This document shows, in pieces, positions 1-11,227 of a stretch of DNA of 64,000 bases. A program made the position numbers and the translations under genes. Numbering within the stretch: the first letter of the stretch is position 1; each line of letters begins with the position of its first letter. This DNA comes from a bacterium (GTDB lineage: Bacteria; UBA8248): the NCBI GenBank assembly GCA_965221165.1, contig CBDCRP010000003.1, forward strand, positions 2,081,924 through 2,145,923. Reading direction: 5' to 3'. Below the pieces are notes generated by a model. That model was not told the DNA's origin and searched no databases. It worked only from the letters and a program-made list of their open reading frames with translations.

Positions 1-60
1 AGGTAGGGGGCAGGGCGTAGGCTCTCCCCCTGCGCGCGCGGAAAATTCCCCTCAAAACCC

Positions 61-90
61 TTGACAGAAACCCGTTTGGGGCTTATATAT
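61..90 (+). promoter_or_regulatory. Putative sigma70 promoter of the isc operon
   Basis: TTGACA at 61-66, 17-bp spacer, then TATATAT at 84-90, upstream of iscR. Confidence 0.6.
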
Positions 91-99
91 ACGACAAGA

Positions 100-128
100 T
101 AAATCGGCGACCATTTCGGTCGCATTTA
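100..128. promoter_or_regulatory. Palindromic operator, probable IscR/Rrf2 autoregulatory site
   Basis: TAAATcgGCGACC-atttc-GGTCGCATTTA dyad with a GAC-N7-GTC core resembling IscR type-1 sites, just downstream of the promoter. Confidence 0.5.
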
Positions 129-204
129 GCGGTGAAAAGACGCCGTCATCTACCAAAGGGTCGGTTTGGCCGATAACCCGGCATAATTCAAGGCGGTAAG
201 TGGG

Positions 205-630
205 ATGTTCACGATTGCCAAGCGCACGGATTACGGCTTGATGGCGCTCTCCTACCTTGCGGAGCAGGAAGAGGACGAGGCCATTACCTCGCGGGCCATC
301 GCGTGCAGGTTCCACATTCCCGCCGAACTGCTTGCGAAGACGATGCAGCTACTGGCCAAAAACGGACTCGTGGAGTCGCGAAACGGGCCCAAGGGCGGCT
401 ATGTTCTCTCTCGCCGGCCGGAGACGATTTCTGTGGCGGAGGTCATTCGGGCCATCGAGGGGCCCATCGCCATGGCGACGTGCCAGGCAGACGGCGTCTC
501 GGGGTGTGAACAATACGAGAAATGTACGATTTTTTATCCCATGGAAAGGATCCAGAAAAAGGTGACCGACGTGCTTGAGGGAATGACCCTTCAGGACATG
601 GTGGGTACGCCTGCAGGAGAGATCAGATGA
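205..630 (+). CDS. iscR: Rrf2-family Fe-S cluster regulator IscR
   Basis: Rrf2 motif [11 protein letters not shown], three Cys (C-x6-C-x5-C), first gene of the isc operon. Confidence 0.88.
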   Translation: MFTIAKRTDYGLMALSYLAEQEEDEAITSRAIACRFHIPAELLAKTMQLLAKNGLVESRNGPKGGYVLSRRPETISVAEVIRAIEGPIAMATCQADGVSGCEQYEKCTIFYPMERIQKKVTDVLEGMTLQDMVGTPAGEIR

Positions 631-1847
631 GCTTGAAGTTCCCCATTTACATGGATTACCAGGCGACGACGCCCATGGACCCCCGGGTCCTCGATGCGAT
701 GAATCCCTACTTCGGCGATAAGTTCGGCAACGCCGCGAGCCGCAACCACAGCTTCGGCTGGGAGGCGGAGAAGGCCGTGGACGACGCGCGGGAGCAACTC
801 GCCGCCGTCATCGGCGCGGACCCGCGCGAGATCATCTTCACGAGCGGCGCCACGGAGTCGGACAACATGGCGCTCAAGGGCGTCGCCGAGATGTACAAGA
901 AAAAAGGCAACCACGTCATCACCTCGGCGATCGAGCACAAGGCCATCATCGATTCCGCCAAGCGGCTCGAGACGTGGGGCTTCGACGTCACCTACATCGA
1001 GCCTCCCGAGAACGGCATCACGACGACGGAGATGGTCGAGAACGCCATGCGCGAGGACACCATTCTGGTCTCCATCATGGCGGCGAACAACGAGGTCGGC
1101 GTGCTGAACCCCATCGCCGAGATCGGGGCGCTGTGCCGCGGGCGGGGCGTTCTTTTCCACACGGACGCCACGCAGGGCTACGGCAAGATTCCCATCGACG
1201 TGGACGAGATGAACATCGACCTGCTCTCGGCCACGGCCCACAAAATCTACGGGCCCAAGGGCGTGGGAATGATTTACGTGCGCAGGCGCAGGCCGCGCGT
1301 TCGCCTTTCGGCCATCATCGACGGCGGCGGCCATGAGCGGGGAATGCGCTCGGGCACGCTGAACGTCTCGGGCATCGTCGGTTTCGGCAAGGCGGCCGAG
1401 TTGTGCATGGAGGAGATGGAAGAAGAGAACATCCGCTTGACGAACCTGCGGGACAAGTTCAAGTCCATCATGTTCGAGAGCCTGGAGGAGGTGTACGTGA
1501 ACGGCCATGAAACAGAGCGCCTCTCGGGCAACCTCAACCTGAGCTTCCCCTACGTGGAGGGAGAATCGCTCATCATGGGGCTGAGCGACGTGGCCGTATC
1601 CTCCGGCTCCGCCTGCACTTCGGCAAGCCTGGAGCCGAGCTACGTGCTCAAGGCCATGGGCCGGGGCGATGAGTTGGCGCATTCGTCGATTCGCTTCGGG
1701 TTCGGGCGTTTTTCCACCGAAGAGGAGATGGAATACGTGGCCGAGAAGACGACGGACATCGTGATCCGGCTTCGCGAGATGAGCCCGCTCTATGAGATGG
1801 TGAAAGAGGGCGTCGATCTCTCCAAGGTGGAATGGCAGTCGCATTAA
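627..1847 (+). CDS. iscS: Cysteine desulfurase IscS
   Basis: [12 protein letters not shown] lysine in [17 protein letters not shown] catalytic loop. Confidence 0.97.
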   Translation: MSLKFPIYMDYQATTPMDPRVLDAMNPYFGDKFGNAASRNHSFGWEAEKAVDDAREQLAAVIGADPREIIFTSGATESDNMALKGVAEMYKKKGNHVITSAIEHKAIIDSAKRLETWGFDVTYIEPPENGITTTEMVENAMREDTILVSIMAANNEVGVLNPIAEIGALCRGRGVLFHTDATQGYGKIPIDVDEMNIDLLSATAHKIYGPKGVGMIYVRRRRPRVRLSAIIDGGGHERGMRSGTLNVSGIVGFGKAAELCMEEMEEENIRLTNLRDKFKSIMFESLEEVYVNGHETERLSGNLNLSFPYVEGESLIMGLSDVAVSSGSACTSASLEPSYVLKAMGRGDELAHSSIRFGFGRFSTEEEMEYVAEKTTDIVIRLREMSPLYEMVKEGVDLSKVEWQSH

Positions 1848-1931
1848 ATGAGTGCTTTGAGCATATTATGATATAGGGGCTGCGGCTCACGGAAACCTGG
1901 AATCGCAGCGACCGGGAAAAGGAGAACAAAA

Positions 1932-2342
1932 ATGGCTTACAGCGAAAAGGTGGTCGATCACTACAACAACCCCCGCAACGTCGGCTCGCTCGACAAGAGC
2001 GATCAGACGGTGGGCACGGGCATCGTCGGCGCGCCCGAGTGCGGCGACGTGATGAAGCTGCAGATCAAGGTGGACGAAGGAGGCCTCATCGAGGACGCGA
2101 AGTTCAAGACGTTCGGCTGCGGAAGCGCCATCGCCTCGAGTTCTCTGGCCACCGAGTGGCTCAAGGGCAAGACGGTGGACGAGGCCGAGGAAATCAAGAA
2201 CACGCAGATCGTCGAGGAGCTCAACCTCCCGCCCGTGAAGATTCACTGTTCCGTGCTGGCGGAAGACGCCATCAAAACCGCGCTGAACGATTTTCGCGAG
2301 AAGAACGGGGTGCCGGTCGTCGAGCGCAAGGGCCACCACTAG
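1932..2342 (+). CDS. iscU: Fe-S scaffold IscU
   Basis: GAPECGDVM, TFGCGSAIASSS, LPPVKIHC motifs. Confidence 0.97.
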   Translation: MAYSEKVVDHYNNPRNVGSLDKSDQTVGTGIVGAPECGDVMKLQIKVDEGGLIEDAKFKTFGCGSAIASSSLATEWLKGKTVDEAEEIKNTQIVEELNLPPVKIHCSVLAEDAIKTALNDFREKNGVPVVERKGHH

Positions 2343-2373
2343 GAGCGGGCGACTCGCCGGCAGGGAGTAGGAA

Positions 2374-2730
2374 ATGGAAACCGCTGCGAAAAAACTGAGC
2401 CTCGAAGTGACCGACAAGGCGGTGGACAACATGCGCCGCTTCATGGAGAAAGAGGGCAAGCAAGGCCATGTCCTCCGCGTCGGCGTGAAGGGCGGGGGCT
2501 GCTCCGGTCTTTCTTACGTCCTTCAGTTCGAGGGCGAGGAGCGCATCAACCCGCTGATGGACGAGGTGTTCGAAAAAAACGGCATCCGGGTGGTCGTGGA
2601 CAAGAAAAGCCTTTTTTTCCTGGCAGGCACCACGCTGGAGTATGAAGACGGGCTGACGGGCAAGGGTTTTACGTTCAAAAACCCCAACGCACGTCAGTCC
2701 TGTGGTTGCGGGGAAAGCTTTTCCGCGTAA
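2374..2730 (+). CDS. iscA: A-type Fe-S carrier IscA/HesB
   Basis: GGGCSG and NPNA..SCGCGESF motifs. Confidence 0.95.
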   Translation: METAAKKLSLEVTDKAVDNMRRFMEKEGKQGHVLRVGVKGGGCSGLSYVLQFEGEERINPLMDEVFEKNGIRVVVDKKSLFFLAGTTLEYEDGLTGKGFTFKNPNARQSCGCGESFSA

Positions 2731-2835
2731 CGCAACCGGGATGAAACGCGCCGCGCCCATGCACCGTGGGATAGCGACGCGTTTTTCTTTTGAGTTCATG
2801 GCGCCCGGCGGTTCATGCGGGCCTGGAATCGCGCG

Positions 2836-3477
2836 ATGAGCGAAGCGACGAAAGAAGAAGTCTTTTCCATTTTCGATGAAGAGGGCGGAATAGCGCCCAT
2901 CCCCGCCCAGGTCGATCATTTCGCCTTGTTGGGGTTTCAGCGGAAATTCAGGGTCGACGCCGAAGCGCTGGAAGCCAGGTTCTACGAACTGAACCGGAAA
3001 CTCCACCCCGATTTTTTCATGGATGCGCCCGTCGCGGTCCGAATCCGGAGCCTGGATGCGACCGCCCGCATCAACGAGGCCTATCAGACGCTCAAGGATC
3101 CGATAGCGCGCGTGGTGTATCTGGTGGAACTCGAAACCGGAAAGCTCGAGGAGAACGAGAGGACGCCCCCGCCCGAGTTGTTCGAGGAGATATTCGAAGC
3201 CCAGGAGGCGGCGGCGGAGTTTCAGTGCTGTGCGGACCAGGAGGAAGCCGAGAGTTTGCGGGAGCGTCTCCATGCGGCCATGGGGTGTTTTTCGGTGCTT
3301 CGCCACGGCCAGCGCACGGCGCTCGACAGGCTGGGCGCCGCCTGGGACGGAGCGATGGACAAAAACGAACCCGCCCCGCCCGAGGTCGTGAAGAAGATGC
3401 GCTCCATTCTCGGGCAGAGAAACTACATCGAGAACACCCTCACGAGCCTCAAGCGCGCCTTGGAGGAGAGTGAATGA
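2836..3477 (+). CDS. hscB: Co-chaperone HscB
   Basis: J-domain HPD, INEAYQTLKDP; position between iscA and hscA; start uncertain (2815 or 2836). Confidence 0.9.
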   Translation: MSEATKEEVFSIFDEEGGIAPIPAQVDHFALLGFQRKFRVDAEALEARFYELNRKLHPDFFMDAPVAVRIRSLDATARINEAYQTLKDPIARVVYLVELETGKLEENERTPPPELFEEIFEAQEAAAEFQCCADQEEAESLRERLHAAMGCFSVLRHGQRTALDRLGAAWDGAMDKNEPAPPEVVKKMRSILGQRNYIENTLTSLKRALEESE

Positions 3478-5309
3478 GCCAAATCGTCGGGATCGACCTG
3501 GGCACCACGAACAGCCTGGTCGCCTCCGTTTCGGAAGGTGAGCCGACGATCCTCGCGCCCGAGGACGAGCGTGGCATCGTGCCCTCCGTGGTGAGCTTTC
3601 GCGCCGATCGTGTTCTCGTTGGCGAGGAGGCGCAGGATGAGCGCGTCTCCAACAGCCGAAACACCATCTTTTCCATCAAGCGATTCATGGGCAGAGGCTA
3701 TGAGGACGTGAAAGACGAGATGCGCCGCCTGCCCTTCGATGCGGACCCCGGGGAGAAGGAAGTCGTTCACGTGCTGGCCCGGGGGCGATCCTACAGCGCA
3801 CCCGAAGTAAGCGCCCTGGTGCTCAGGCGCCTGAAGGCGAGGGCCGAGAAGGCGCTGGGGCGGCCCGTGCTCAGGGCGGTGGTCACGGTTCCTGCGTATT
3901 TCAACGACGCGCAGCGCCAGGCCACGAAAGACGCGGGCAAGCTCGCGGGCCTGGAAGTGCTCCGCATCATCAACGAACCCACGGCGGCTTCCCTGGCCTA
4001 TGGCCTTCATGAGCGAAACCGAGGCGTCATCGCGGTGTACGACTTGGGGGGAGGCACGTTCGACATCTCGCTCCTTAGAATCAAGGACGGCGTGTTCGAG
4101 GTGCTCTCCACCGGGGGGGACACCCATCTGGGCGGAGATGATTTCGATCAGGCGATTTCCCTCAACATACAGCAGGAAATCCTTGGGGCGCATGGCGTTG
4201 ATTTGGGCGAAACGCCCGAGGCTCTGGCCGAACTCACGGTTTTGGCCGAACGGGTCAAGAAAACGCTGTCAGAGCGCGATTCGGCGGAATATGGGCTGGA
4301 AAATCCGGGCGGCATCCCGCTCGCCCACAAGAGCAGCCTCACGCGTGAGGAGATGGAGGCGCTTCTCGCGCCGATCGCCGAGCGGACGCTGGCGCCTTGT
4401 AGGCGCGCGCTCGCAGACGCGGGCCTCACGCCCGATGAGGTGCATGAGATCGTTCTGGTGGGCGGGTCCACCCGCATGCCCCTCATCCGCCGCATGGTGG
4501 AGGATTTGTTCCAAAAACGCCCGCATGTGGACCTGGACCCCGACGAGGTGGTGGCCCTGGGCGCCGCGGTGCAGGCGGACATCCTCGCGGGCGGCAGAAA
4601 GGACATGCTGCTCCTGGACGTGACGCCGCTTTCTCTGGGCATCGAGACCATGGGCGGCGTCATGGGCTGGATAATTCCCCGCAACACCACCATCCCCACG
4701 AGCGCCAAGGAAACGTACACCACCTTCAAGGACAACCAGACGGGGGTGGACGTTCACGTGCTCCAGGGAGAGCGCGAACTGGTGAAGGACAACCGCTCGC
4801 TCGCGCGTTTTCGCCTGGCGGTCGACCCCGCGCCGGCCGGTCTCGCCCGTGTGGAGGTGACGTTTCTGCTCGACGCCAACGGCATTCTAAACGTGACGGC
4901 CCGGGATCTCAGGAGCGGCAAGGCGTCCTCGGTGGAAGTCCAGCCCTCCTACGGGCTGACGGACGAGCAGGTCGAGCGCATGCTGATCGAATCTTTCGAA
5001 CACGCGGAACAGGATATCCGCTCCCGCCAGGTTCTGGACGCGAGAACCGAGGCGGAAACCATTCTCATGGCGACGGCCCGCGCGATGAACGACTACGCGG
5101 AGGATGCGGTCTCTCCCTCGGAGCGCGCCAAGATTCATGAAGCGGTGAGCGCACTCGAGGAGTCCTGCCGGGGGGAAGACCCGGGACGGATTCGGGATAT
5201 GGTCGACGCGCTGAATGAAGTCACGATGCCGCTCGCGGAGCGGATGATGGATAACGTTTTGAAATCGGCCTTGGAAAACAAGAGGGTGAGCGAAGCCCTC
5301 AAAGACTAA
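3474..5309 (+). CDS. hscA: Fe-S chaperone HscA (Hsp70 family)
   Basis: [24 protein letters not shown] motif typical of HscA; isc context. Confidence 0.93.
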   Translation: MSQIVGIDLGTTNSLVASVSEGEPTILAPEDERGIVPSVVSFRADRVLVGEEAQDERVSNSRNTIFSIKRFMGRGYEDVKDEMRRLPFDADPGEKEVVHVLARGRSYSAPEVSALVLRRLKARAEKALGRPVLRAVVTVPAYFNDAQRQATKDAGKLAGLEVLRIINEPTAASLAYGLHERNRGVIAVYDLGGGTFDISLLRIKDGVFEVLSTGGDTHLGGDDFDQAISLNIQQEILGAHGVDLGETPEALAELTVLAERVKKTLSERDSAEYGLENPGGIPLAHKSSLTREEMEALLAPIAERTLAPCRRALADAGLTPDEVHEIVLVGGSTRMPLIRRMVEDLFQKRPHVDLDPDEVVALGAAVQADILAGGRKDMLLLDVTPLSLGIETMGGVMGWIIPRNTTIPTSAKETYTTFKDNQTGVDVHVLQGERELVKDNRSLARFRLAVDPAPAGLARVEVTFLLDANGILNVTARDLRSGKASSVEVQPSYGLTDEQVERMLIESFEHAEQDIRSRQVLDARTEAETILMATARAMNDYAEDAVSPSERAKIHEAVSALEESCRGEDPGRIRDMVDALNEVTMPLAERMMDNVLKSALENKRVSEALKD

Positions 5310-5348
5310 AAGCCGCAAGCAGTTTGCGCGGGGCGCAGGGGAAGAAAA

Positions 5349-5705
5349 ATGGCGAAACTTTATTTTACGGAAGAGAAGCAGACGATTGACATTCATGTGG
5401 GCGAGAACATTCTCGAAACGGCCCTCGAAAACGGCGTCGACCTGGATCATGCCTGCGGCGGCGTGTGCGCTTGCTCGACGTGTCACGTGAAAATCAGGAA
5501 CGGCGCGGATCTCTTCAACGAATCCACCGAAGATGAGGAAGATCAGCTCGACGACGCGCGCGACGTGAACCTCGACAGCCGGCTGGCCTGCCAGGCGACG
5601 CTGGAGAGAGAAACCGACGAGGTCATCGAAGTGGAGGTGCCGTTCTGGAACGTGAACCTGGTGCAGGAGGGTCCGGATGCCGCCAGGGAGCAAAGCGCTC
5701 ATTAG
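5349..5705 (+). CDS. fdx: ISC 2Fe-2S ferredoxin
   Basis: HACGGVCACSTCH and SRLACQ motifs. Confidence 0.93.
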   Translation: MAKLYFTEEKQTIDIHVGENILETALENGVDLDHACGGVCACSTCHVKIRNGADLFNESTEDEEDQLDDARDVNLDSRLACQATLERETDEVIEVEVPFWNVNLVQEGPDAAREQSAH

Positions 5706-5730
5706 GAATTTCGAGCCGGGAGAGGAAGCG

Positions 5731-5949
5731 GTGGAAACATTTGGCTGGGAGGACGCCGAGGACATCGGCATCGTGTTGTACGAAAAATTTCCGAAGATCG
5801 ACCCGCTCACCGTTCGTTTCACCGATCTGCACGACTGGGTGTGCGAACTGGAGGAGTTCGAGGACGACCCGATGACCTCGACGGAGGGCAAGCTCGAGGC
5901 CATCCAGATGGCGTGGCTCGAGGAATACAAGGATGCGCAGGAGGCTTGA
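5731..5949 (+). CDS. iscX: Fe-S assembly protein IscX
   Basis: W.D...IG..L.E..P..DP..VRFTDL..WV..L..F.DDP....E..LEAIQMAW pattern; GTG start after GAGG RBS. Confidence 0.92.
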   Translation: METFGWEDAEDIGIVLYEKFPKIDPLTVRFTDLHDWVCELEEFEDDPMTSTEGKLEAIQMAWLEEYKDAQEA

Positions 5950-6137
5950 GCTTTTCCCTCCTTTATGAAAAAGAGGGCGCGTGTCGCGACCGATTCAGGC
6001 TTACACTCCGGGCAGTATTCCAAAGATGCTCGAAGATTATGATTCAGAAAACTTTTGGTTCTTGAATGAAGACGGCGCACCGGAAGGCCGTGGCCTCCCG
6101 GGCGATGCGTTCTTGTCCATATTTCGAGGCGATTGAT

Positions 6138-6947
6138 GTGAGCGAACAAAGGCGAGCGGACGGAAAAATACGGCTCTCCCGAAAGGGCGCGGTGGCGACG
6201 ATTACGTTTCACGCGCCCGAGAGGTTGAACGCCATCGAATACGAGATGTGGGTGGAAATCGGAAGCCTCATGCCCGAACTCGACGCGGATGATTCTGTGC
6301 GCGTCGTCGTTTTCAGGGGCGCGGGCGAGCGCGCTTTTTCGGCCGGGGCGGACATCTCGCGCTTCAAGGAGGAGCGCTACAGCTCGGAGCAGGCGAAGCA
6401 TTTCTCGGAAACCGGGTTCTTGCGCGGCCTCGATGCGGTGGATGCGTTCTCAAAGCCCGTCTTGTGCCTCATCCGGGGCGCTTGTGTGGGAGGGGGCGTG
6501 GAACTCGCCGCCGCCACGGATTTGCGTGTCGCGGGCGAGAGCTCGCGCTTCGGGGTGCCGGTGGCCAAGCTCGGCCTGGTGGCGGGCTATTCCGAACTCA
6601 GGCGGTTCGTGCAGTCCATCGGCCCTGCGCGCACGCTGGACATGCTGCTCACGGCCAAACTCTTCACGGCGCAGGAAATGCTGGACGCGGGCTTTTTGGC
6701 GCGCGTCGTGCCGGATGAGGAAGTGGAGAAGACAACCTATGAGATGGCGGAGCGCATCGTCTCCCTGGCGCCCCTCGTTCACAAGTGGCACAAGGGCTTC
6801 GTGAAGAAGGTATTACTGGACCCGGGCCTTTCTTCTCTTACGGAGGAGGAGAAAATGCGCGAGGTCGCCTGTTTCGACACCGAAGATTTCAGAGAGGGCG
6901 TGGAGGCATTTCTGAACAAGCGCAACCCTGAGTTTCGAGGGAAATAA
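6138..6947 (+). CDS. Enoyl-CoA hydratase/crotonase family protein
   Basis: AFSAGADI, GACVGGG, EDFREGVEAF.KR.P motifs; start uncertain. Confidence 0.9.
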   Translation: MSEQRRADGKIRLSRKGAVATITFHAPERLNAIEYEMWVEIGSLMPELDADDSVRVVVFRGAGERAFSAGADISRFKEERYSSEQAKHFSETGFLRGLDAVDAFSKPVLCLIRGACVGGGVELAAATDLRVAGESSRFGVPVAKLGLVAGYSELRRFVQSIGPARTLDMLLTAKLFTAQEMLDAGFLARVVPDEEVEKTTYEMAERIVSLAPLVHKWHKGFVKKVLLDPGLSSLTEEEKMREVACFDTEDFREGVEAFLNKRNPEFRGK

Positions 6948-6952
6948 AACCG

Positions 6953-8155
6953 ATGAACCGAAAAACAGGCGGCCCCCTCGAGGGCGTCCGGGTGCTGGAG
7001 GTCTGCCAGGTCATGGCCGGGCCGTTCTGCGGAAGCCTGCTGGCGGATATGGGCGCGGACGTCATCAAGGTGGAAAACCCCGACGGCGGCGACAGCGCGC
7101 GCCATCTGGGGCGGTACTTCGACGGCGGCGAGGCGCACGGCTTCATGAACCTGAATCGCAACAAGCGCAGCGTGGTGGTGAACATAAAGGCGCCAGAAGG
7201 CGTCGCGCTCATGAAGGAGTTCGCGAAACAAGTCGACGTTTTCGTGGAGAACATACGGCCCGGAATCATGGCCAGGCTGGGTCTGGGATATGAGGATCTG
7301 AAAAAGATAAACCCAGGCCTCGTCTACGCCTCCATTTCCGGCTATGGCGACTCAGGCCCTTTCGCCGGCAAGGGCGGCTTCGATTTGGTCTCACAGGGCC
7401 TCTCCAGCCTCATGAGTTTCACGGGCGAACCCGGCGGCGCGCCCGCGAAGATACCCGTGCCGATATGCGATTTGAATGCGGGGATGTATACGGCGTTATC
7501 GATTCTCTCCGCCTATATCCACAAGCAGCGCACAGGCGAAGGCCAGCGCATCGACGTGGCGCTGACGGACTCCGGCCTCGGCTACACCTTCTGGCAGGCG
7601 TCGCAGTTTTTCCCCTCCGGCGAACCGCCCGAACCCTTAGGCTCAGCTCACGAGATGACGGCTCCCTACCAGGCCTTTCAGTGCAAGGACGGCTATCTGG
7701 CATTGGGAGCCGCCAACCAGAGGAACTGGGAGTTGTTCTGCGGTGCGATCGAGCGAGGAGACCTCTTAAGCCGTGAGGAATACGCCACCGACGGCCTAAG
7801 GCGCGAGAACTATCTGAAGCTTGCGGGTGAGCTGGAAGAAGTATTCGCCCAGAAAACGCGAGACGAATGGGTGGCGCTTTTGGATTCGGGCGGAATCCCC
7901 TGCGGGCCCATTCTGAACATGGCGGAAACTTTCGCGCATCCCCAAATCCAGGCGCGGGAGATGAGCGTGGAGATTGAGCATCCCGCAGCGGGCCGGATGC
8001 GGGTTCTGGGCTTCCCGCCCAAGTTGTCTGCGACGCCGGCCGGCGTGCGGTCGCCTGCGCCCTTGCTCGGGCAGCACACCGACGAGGTGCTCCGTGAGTT
8101 CGGAACGAGTGAGGATGAAATAAAAAGCCTGCGGGACTCTGGAGCCGTGGCCTGA
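6953..8155 (+). CDS. CaiB/BaiF family CoA-transferase (family III)
   Basis: LADMGADVIKVE, NRNKRS, GFDLVSQG, APLLGQHT motifs. Confidence 0.92.
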   Translation: MNRKTGGPLEGVRVLEVCQVMAGPFCGSLLADMGADVIKVENPDGGDSARHLGRYFDGGEAHGFMNLNRNKRSVVVNIKAPEGVALMKEFAKQVDVFVENIRPGIMARLGLGYEDLKKINPGLVYASISGYGDSGPFAGKGGFDLVSQGLSSLMSFTGEPGGAPAKIPVPICDLNAGMYTALSILSAYIHKQRTGEGQRIDVALTDSGLGYTFWQASQFFPSGEPPEPLGSAHEMTAPYQAFQCKDGYLALGAANQRNWELFCGAIERGDLLSREEYATDGLRRENYLKLAGELEEVFAQKTRDEWVALLDSGGIPCGPILNMAETFAHPQIQAREMSVEIEHPAAGRMRVLGFPPKLSATPAGVRSPAPLLGQHTDEVLREFGTSEDEIKSLRDSGAVA

Positions 8156-8159
8156 GCGA

Positions 8160-8873
8160 ATGGCCAAACCGCCGCCACCCCTCTCCCCCGGCGTCTATCT
8201 CGTCGCCACCCCGATTGGAAACCTCGAAGACGTCACCGAGCGCGCGCGCAGGGTGCTCGGCGAGTGCGACCTCATCGCGTGCGAGGACACCCGCCATACG
8301 GGCAGGCTGCTCTCACGCCTCGGGATAAAAAAACCGCTCGTAAGCTATCATGAACACAACGAGACGAAGCGGGCCGGCGAACTGGCCGAGCGCGCGCTTA
8401 AGGGCGAGCGGGTGGCCGTGGTGTCGGATGCGGGTACGCCTGGGGTCTCCGATCCCGCCTACCGGGTGGTGCGCGCCGCCATAGAGGCGGGTGTCGCCGT
8501 CGTTCCCGTGCCCGGCCCGTCTTCGGTTCTGGCCGCTTTGGTCGCCTCGGGCCTTCCCACCGACAGATTCGTTTTCGAGGGCTTTCTCCCGCCCAAGGGA
8601 CAAAAAAGACTTAAAAAAATTAAAACGCTGCTTGATGAGGAGCGCACGGTCGTCCTGTTCGAATCGCCGCACCGAATCGCGCGGCTCATCAGTGAAATCG
8701 CCGACTTGGCGCCCGCGCGGCCACTCGCCCTTGCGCGCGAGATCACGAAACTGCACGAGGAAATTTCAAGAGATACGGCGCGCGAGTTACACGAGAAACT
8801 CAAAGACAAAAAAATCAGGGGCGAGTGCGTTTTGCTCATCGGTCCCAAGCGGATGAAGGAGACGGAGGATTAA
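8160..8873 (+). CDS. rsmI: 16S rRNA C1402 2'-O-methyltransferase RsmI
   Basis: YLVATPIGNLED, CEDTR, SDAGTP, ESPHR, REITKLHEE motifs. Confidence 0.95.
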   Translation: MAKPPPPLSPGVYLVATPIGNLEDVTERARRVLGECDLIACEDTRHTGRLLSRLGIKKPLVSYHEHNETKRAGELAERALKGERVAVVSDAGTPGVSDPAYRVVRAAIEAGVAVVPVPGPSSVLAALVASGLPTDRFVFEGFLPPKGQKRLKKIKTLLDEERTVVLFESPHRIARLISEIADLAPARPLALAREITKLHEEISRDTARELHEKLKDKKIRGECVLLIGPKRMKETED

Positions 8874-8946
8874 AGCGGGCGAGGCGGTGCCGGGTGGTTT
8901 GTTGTATGATCGGCGTTTTCCCGCCACGCCTTCAGGAGATCATCTC

Positions 8947-9816
8947 ATGACGCGCCCAACCATCACCGGAATCGCAGCGCTCGCCCTCGCGGCATTTCTC
9001 GTTTTCGCCGCCGGCGCATCCGCCGCGCCCAAGAGCGATTCGTCTTCGTCCGAGAAGGCCGTCGTCGCATCCATTGGAGAGGAGCCGATAACGCTGGAAT
9101 CATTTTACGCCTTCATCAAGCAGTTGCCGGAAAACATGCAGATGCAGGCGCGGGCGGGAAAAGAAATGTTCCTGGAAGCATTGATCCAGCGCAGGCTCAT
9201 ACTTCGCTATGCGATCGACAATGATTTTCTCGCCGACGCGCGGGTGAAAATGGAGATGGAGCGCGCGCGGCGCGAGATTCTCATCGGCGAGGCCGTTCGC
9301 AGGGTCAAGGAGGGCGCAAAGCCCAAGGCGTCCGAGGTTCGCGCGGAGTATGAGGAGAACAAATCGAAATTCACCGAGGGCGATAAAGTCACCGCGTCCC
9401 ACATTATGGTGGCGTCTGAAAAAGAGGCGAAGGATTTGCTTGCCAAACTCGTGAAGGGAGAGGATTTCGCCGAACTGGCCAAAAAGTATTCCCTTGCGCC
9501 CGAGCGTCCGCGCGGCGGGAGCCTGGGCGCGATGAGCCGGGGCTACAGCCGGAGGACGGGCCTGCCCGAGATAATCGAGCAAACGGCGTTTTCGCTCAAA
9601 GCGGGCGCGCACAGCGGGGTGGTGAAGAGCATTTACGGCTGGCACGTCGTGAAAACGTCTAAAATGGAAAAAGGCAGACAACTCGGTTTCGATGACGTGA
9701 AGGAGAAAATCACCGAGGAGATGGGCGCGCGCAACAGAAGAGAGGCGATGCGAAAAATACTCTTAGATCTCTCCGCGCGATACGAGGTGAAAAGGTACCT
9801 GGAAAACCTGAAATAG
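8947..9816 (+). CDS. Exported PpiC/parvulin-type peptidyl-prolyl isomerase
   Basis: Signal peptide; ASHIMV, FAELAKKYS, GGSLG, YGWHVVK motifs. Confidence 0.88.
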   Translation: MTRPTITGIAALALAAFLVFAAGASAAPKSDSSSSEKAVVASIGEEPITLESFYAFIKQLPENMQMQARAGKEMFLEALIQRRLILRYAIDNDFLADARVKMEMERARREILIGEAVRRVKEGAKPKASEVRAEYEENKSKFTEGDKVTASHIMVASEKEAKDLLAKLVKGEDFAELAKKYSLAPERPRGGSLGAMSRGYSRRTGLPEIIEQTAFSLKAGAHSGVVKSIYGWHVVKTSKMEKGRQLGFDDVKEKITEEMGARNRREAMRKILLDLSARYEVKRYLENLK

Positions 9817-9828
9817 TGCGCCTGCCCG

Positions 9829-11133
9829 TTACGGCGTGAGGCCGTGTCTGGTCATGTATCCGTGCAGCCAGAGCGCCAGGGCTATCGAGAGGAACATGAA
9901 GCCGATGATGGTGGTGAACGGGATGAAGTAGCTTTTCGTGTAGTCGTACATGAAGCCAGCGAACGCAGGGCCGACGACGCCTCCCAGTCCGTAGCAGATC
10001 TCCATGAAGCCGATGATGACGCCGTAGGTGCGCCCCCCGAAACAATCCCCCGCCAGAGCGGAATAACACGCGCTCATGGCGCCGATGCCGACGCCGTACA
10101 CCAGCGCGAAGGTGTAGCCCGGCAGGATGCCCCCGCCGAAGTAGGGGATGAGGATCAGGAGCGTCAGGCCCGCCGCCGCCACTACTCCGGAGAGCGCCAC
10201 CCCGCGCCCTCGCCCGATGATGTCCCCCACCCATCCGCCGGCGATGCTGCCCAGCGTCCTGATGAAGCCGACGATGCCGAGGATGATCGCCGCAAGGGCG
10301 GTGCCGTATCCCACGTCGACGAGATAAAGCTGCAGCTGGCTCATGATGGTGTTGTTGTTGAGCCCGATGGCGAAGGTTATCAGGATGAGGCACCAAAAGC
10401 GCACGTCGTGCCTCACGACAGAGAAGACCTCCCGCACGCCCTTGCCCTCGCCTCCGTGGCCGACGCCCGATTGCGCCATCTCCTCGGGCGTGCGCGGCGG
10501 GCCGCCGTCCGGCCCCTGGCCCACGTCCTCGGGTATGTCGCGCAGGAGCAGAAAGGCCGAGGGCGCGACGACGCATAAAACCACCAGGCCGTAGATCATG
10601 TACGTGTAGCGCCAGCCCACCGAGGCGATGAGCCGCTCGATCAAGGGCGCGAGGATGAGGATGCCGATTCCGATGCCCGAGAGCGCGATACCCGTGGCGC
10701 GGCCACGTTTTCTGATGAACCAGCGCGGCATGATGGCGCTGTGCGTGGAGAAACCGCTCAGCGCGAGGCCGAAGCCGGCGAAAAGGCCGAACAGGACGTA
10801 GAGATGCCAGAGCGAGGACACGAAAAAGCACGCGATGAACGTCAGACCCAGTATCACCGACCCCCAGGGCATCAGGGCGCGCGGGCCTTTTTTCTCAAGA
10901 AGCGAGCCGGCAAACGGCGCGCCGAAGGCGTACGTGGCCATGGAAAGAGAGAACGCCCCGCTCAGAAGGCCCCGGCTCCAGCCGAATTCCTCGAGCAGGG
11001 GAACCTGGAAGATGCCGAAGGAAAACCGCGTGACGACGTGAAACGCCAGCGTGCCGAAAGACAGCCAGACGATGAGCCAGCCGTAGTAGAATTTCGGCTT
11101 GCTTGTGGGGCTGCTTTCTGAAAACCTGGGCAT
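9829..11133 (-). CDS. MFS transporter
   Basis: About 12 hydrophobic segments; YYGW, WF..KRGRATGI, GWVGD..GR motifs. Confidence 0.9.
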   Translation of the reverse strand: MPRFSESSPTSKPKFYYGWLIVWLSFGTLAFHVVTRFSFGIFQVPLLEEFGWSRGLLSGAFSLSMATYAFGAPFAGSLLEKKGPRALMPWGSVILGLTFIACFFVSSLWHLYVLFGLFAGFGLALSGFSTHSAIMPRWFIRKRGRATGIALSGIGIGILILAPLIERLIASVGWRYTYMIYGLVVLCVVAPSAFLLLRDIPEDVGQGPDGGPPRTPEEMAQSGVGHGGEGKGVREVFSVVRHDVRFWCLILITFAIGLNNNTIMSQLQLYLVDVGYGTALAAIILGIVGFIRTLGSIAGGWVGDIIGRGRGVALSGVVAAAGLTLLILIPYFGGGILPGYTFALVYGVGIGAMSACYSALAGDCFGGRTYGVIIGFMEICYGLGGVVGPAFAGFMYDYTKSYFIPFTTIIGFMFLSIALALWLHGYMTRHGLTP

Positions 11134-11227
11134 TCGCTTCCTTAGTTCTGATGAATCATGGGCAAGAGCAAATCACGGAAAACGGGGAGAGTATACACAC
11201 CGCCCGCGCTTCGGGCGAAGCGATATC

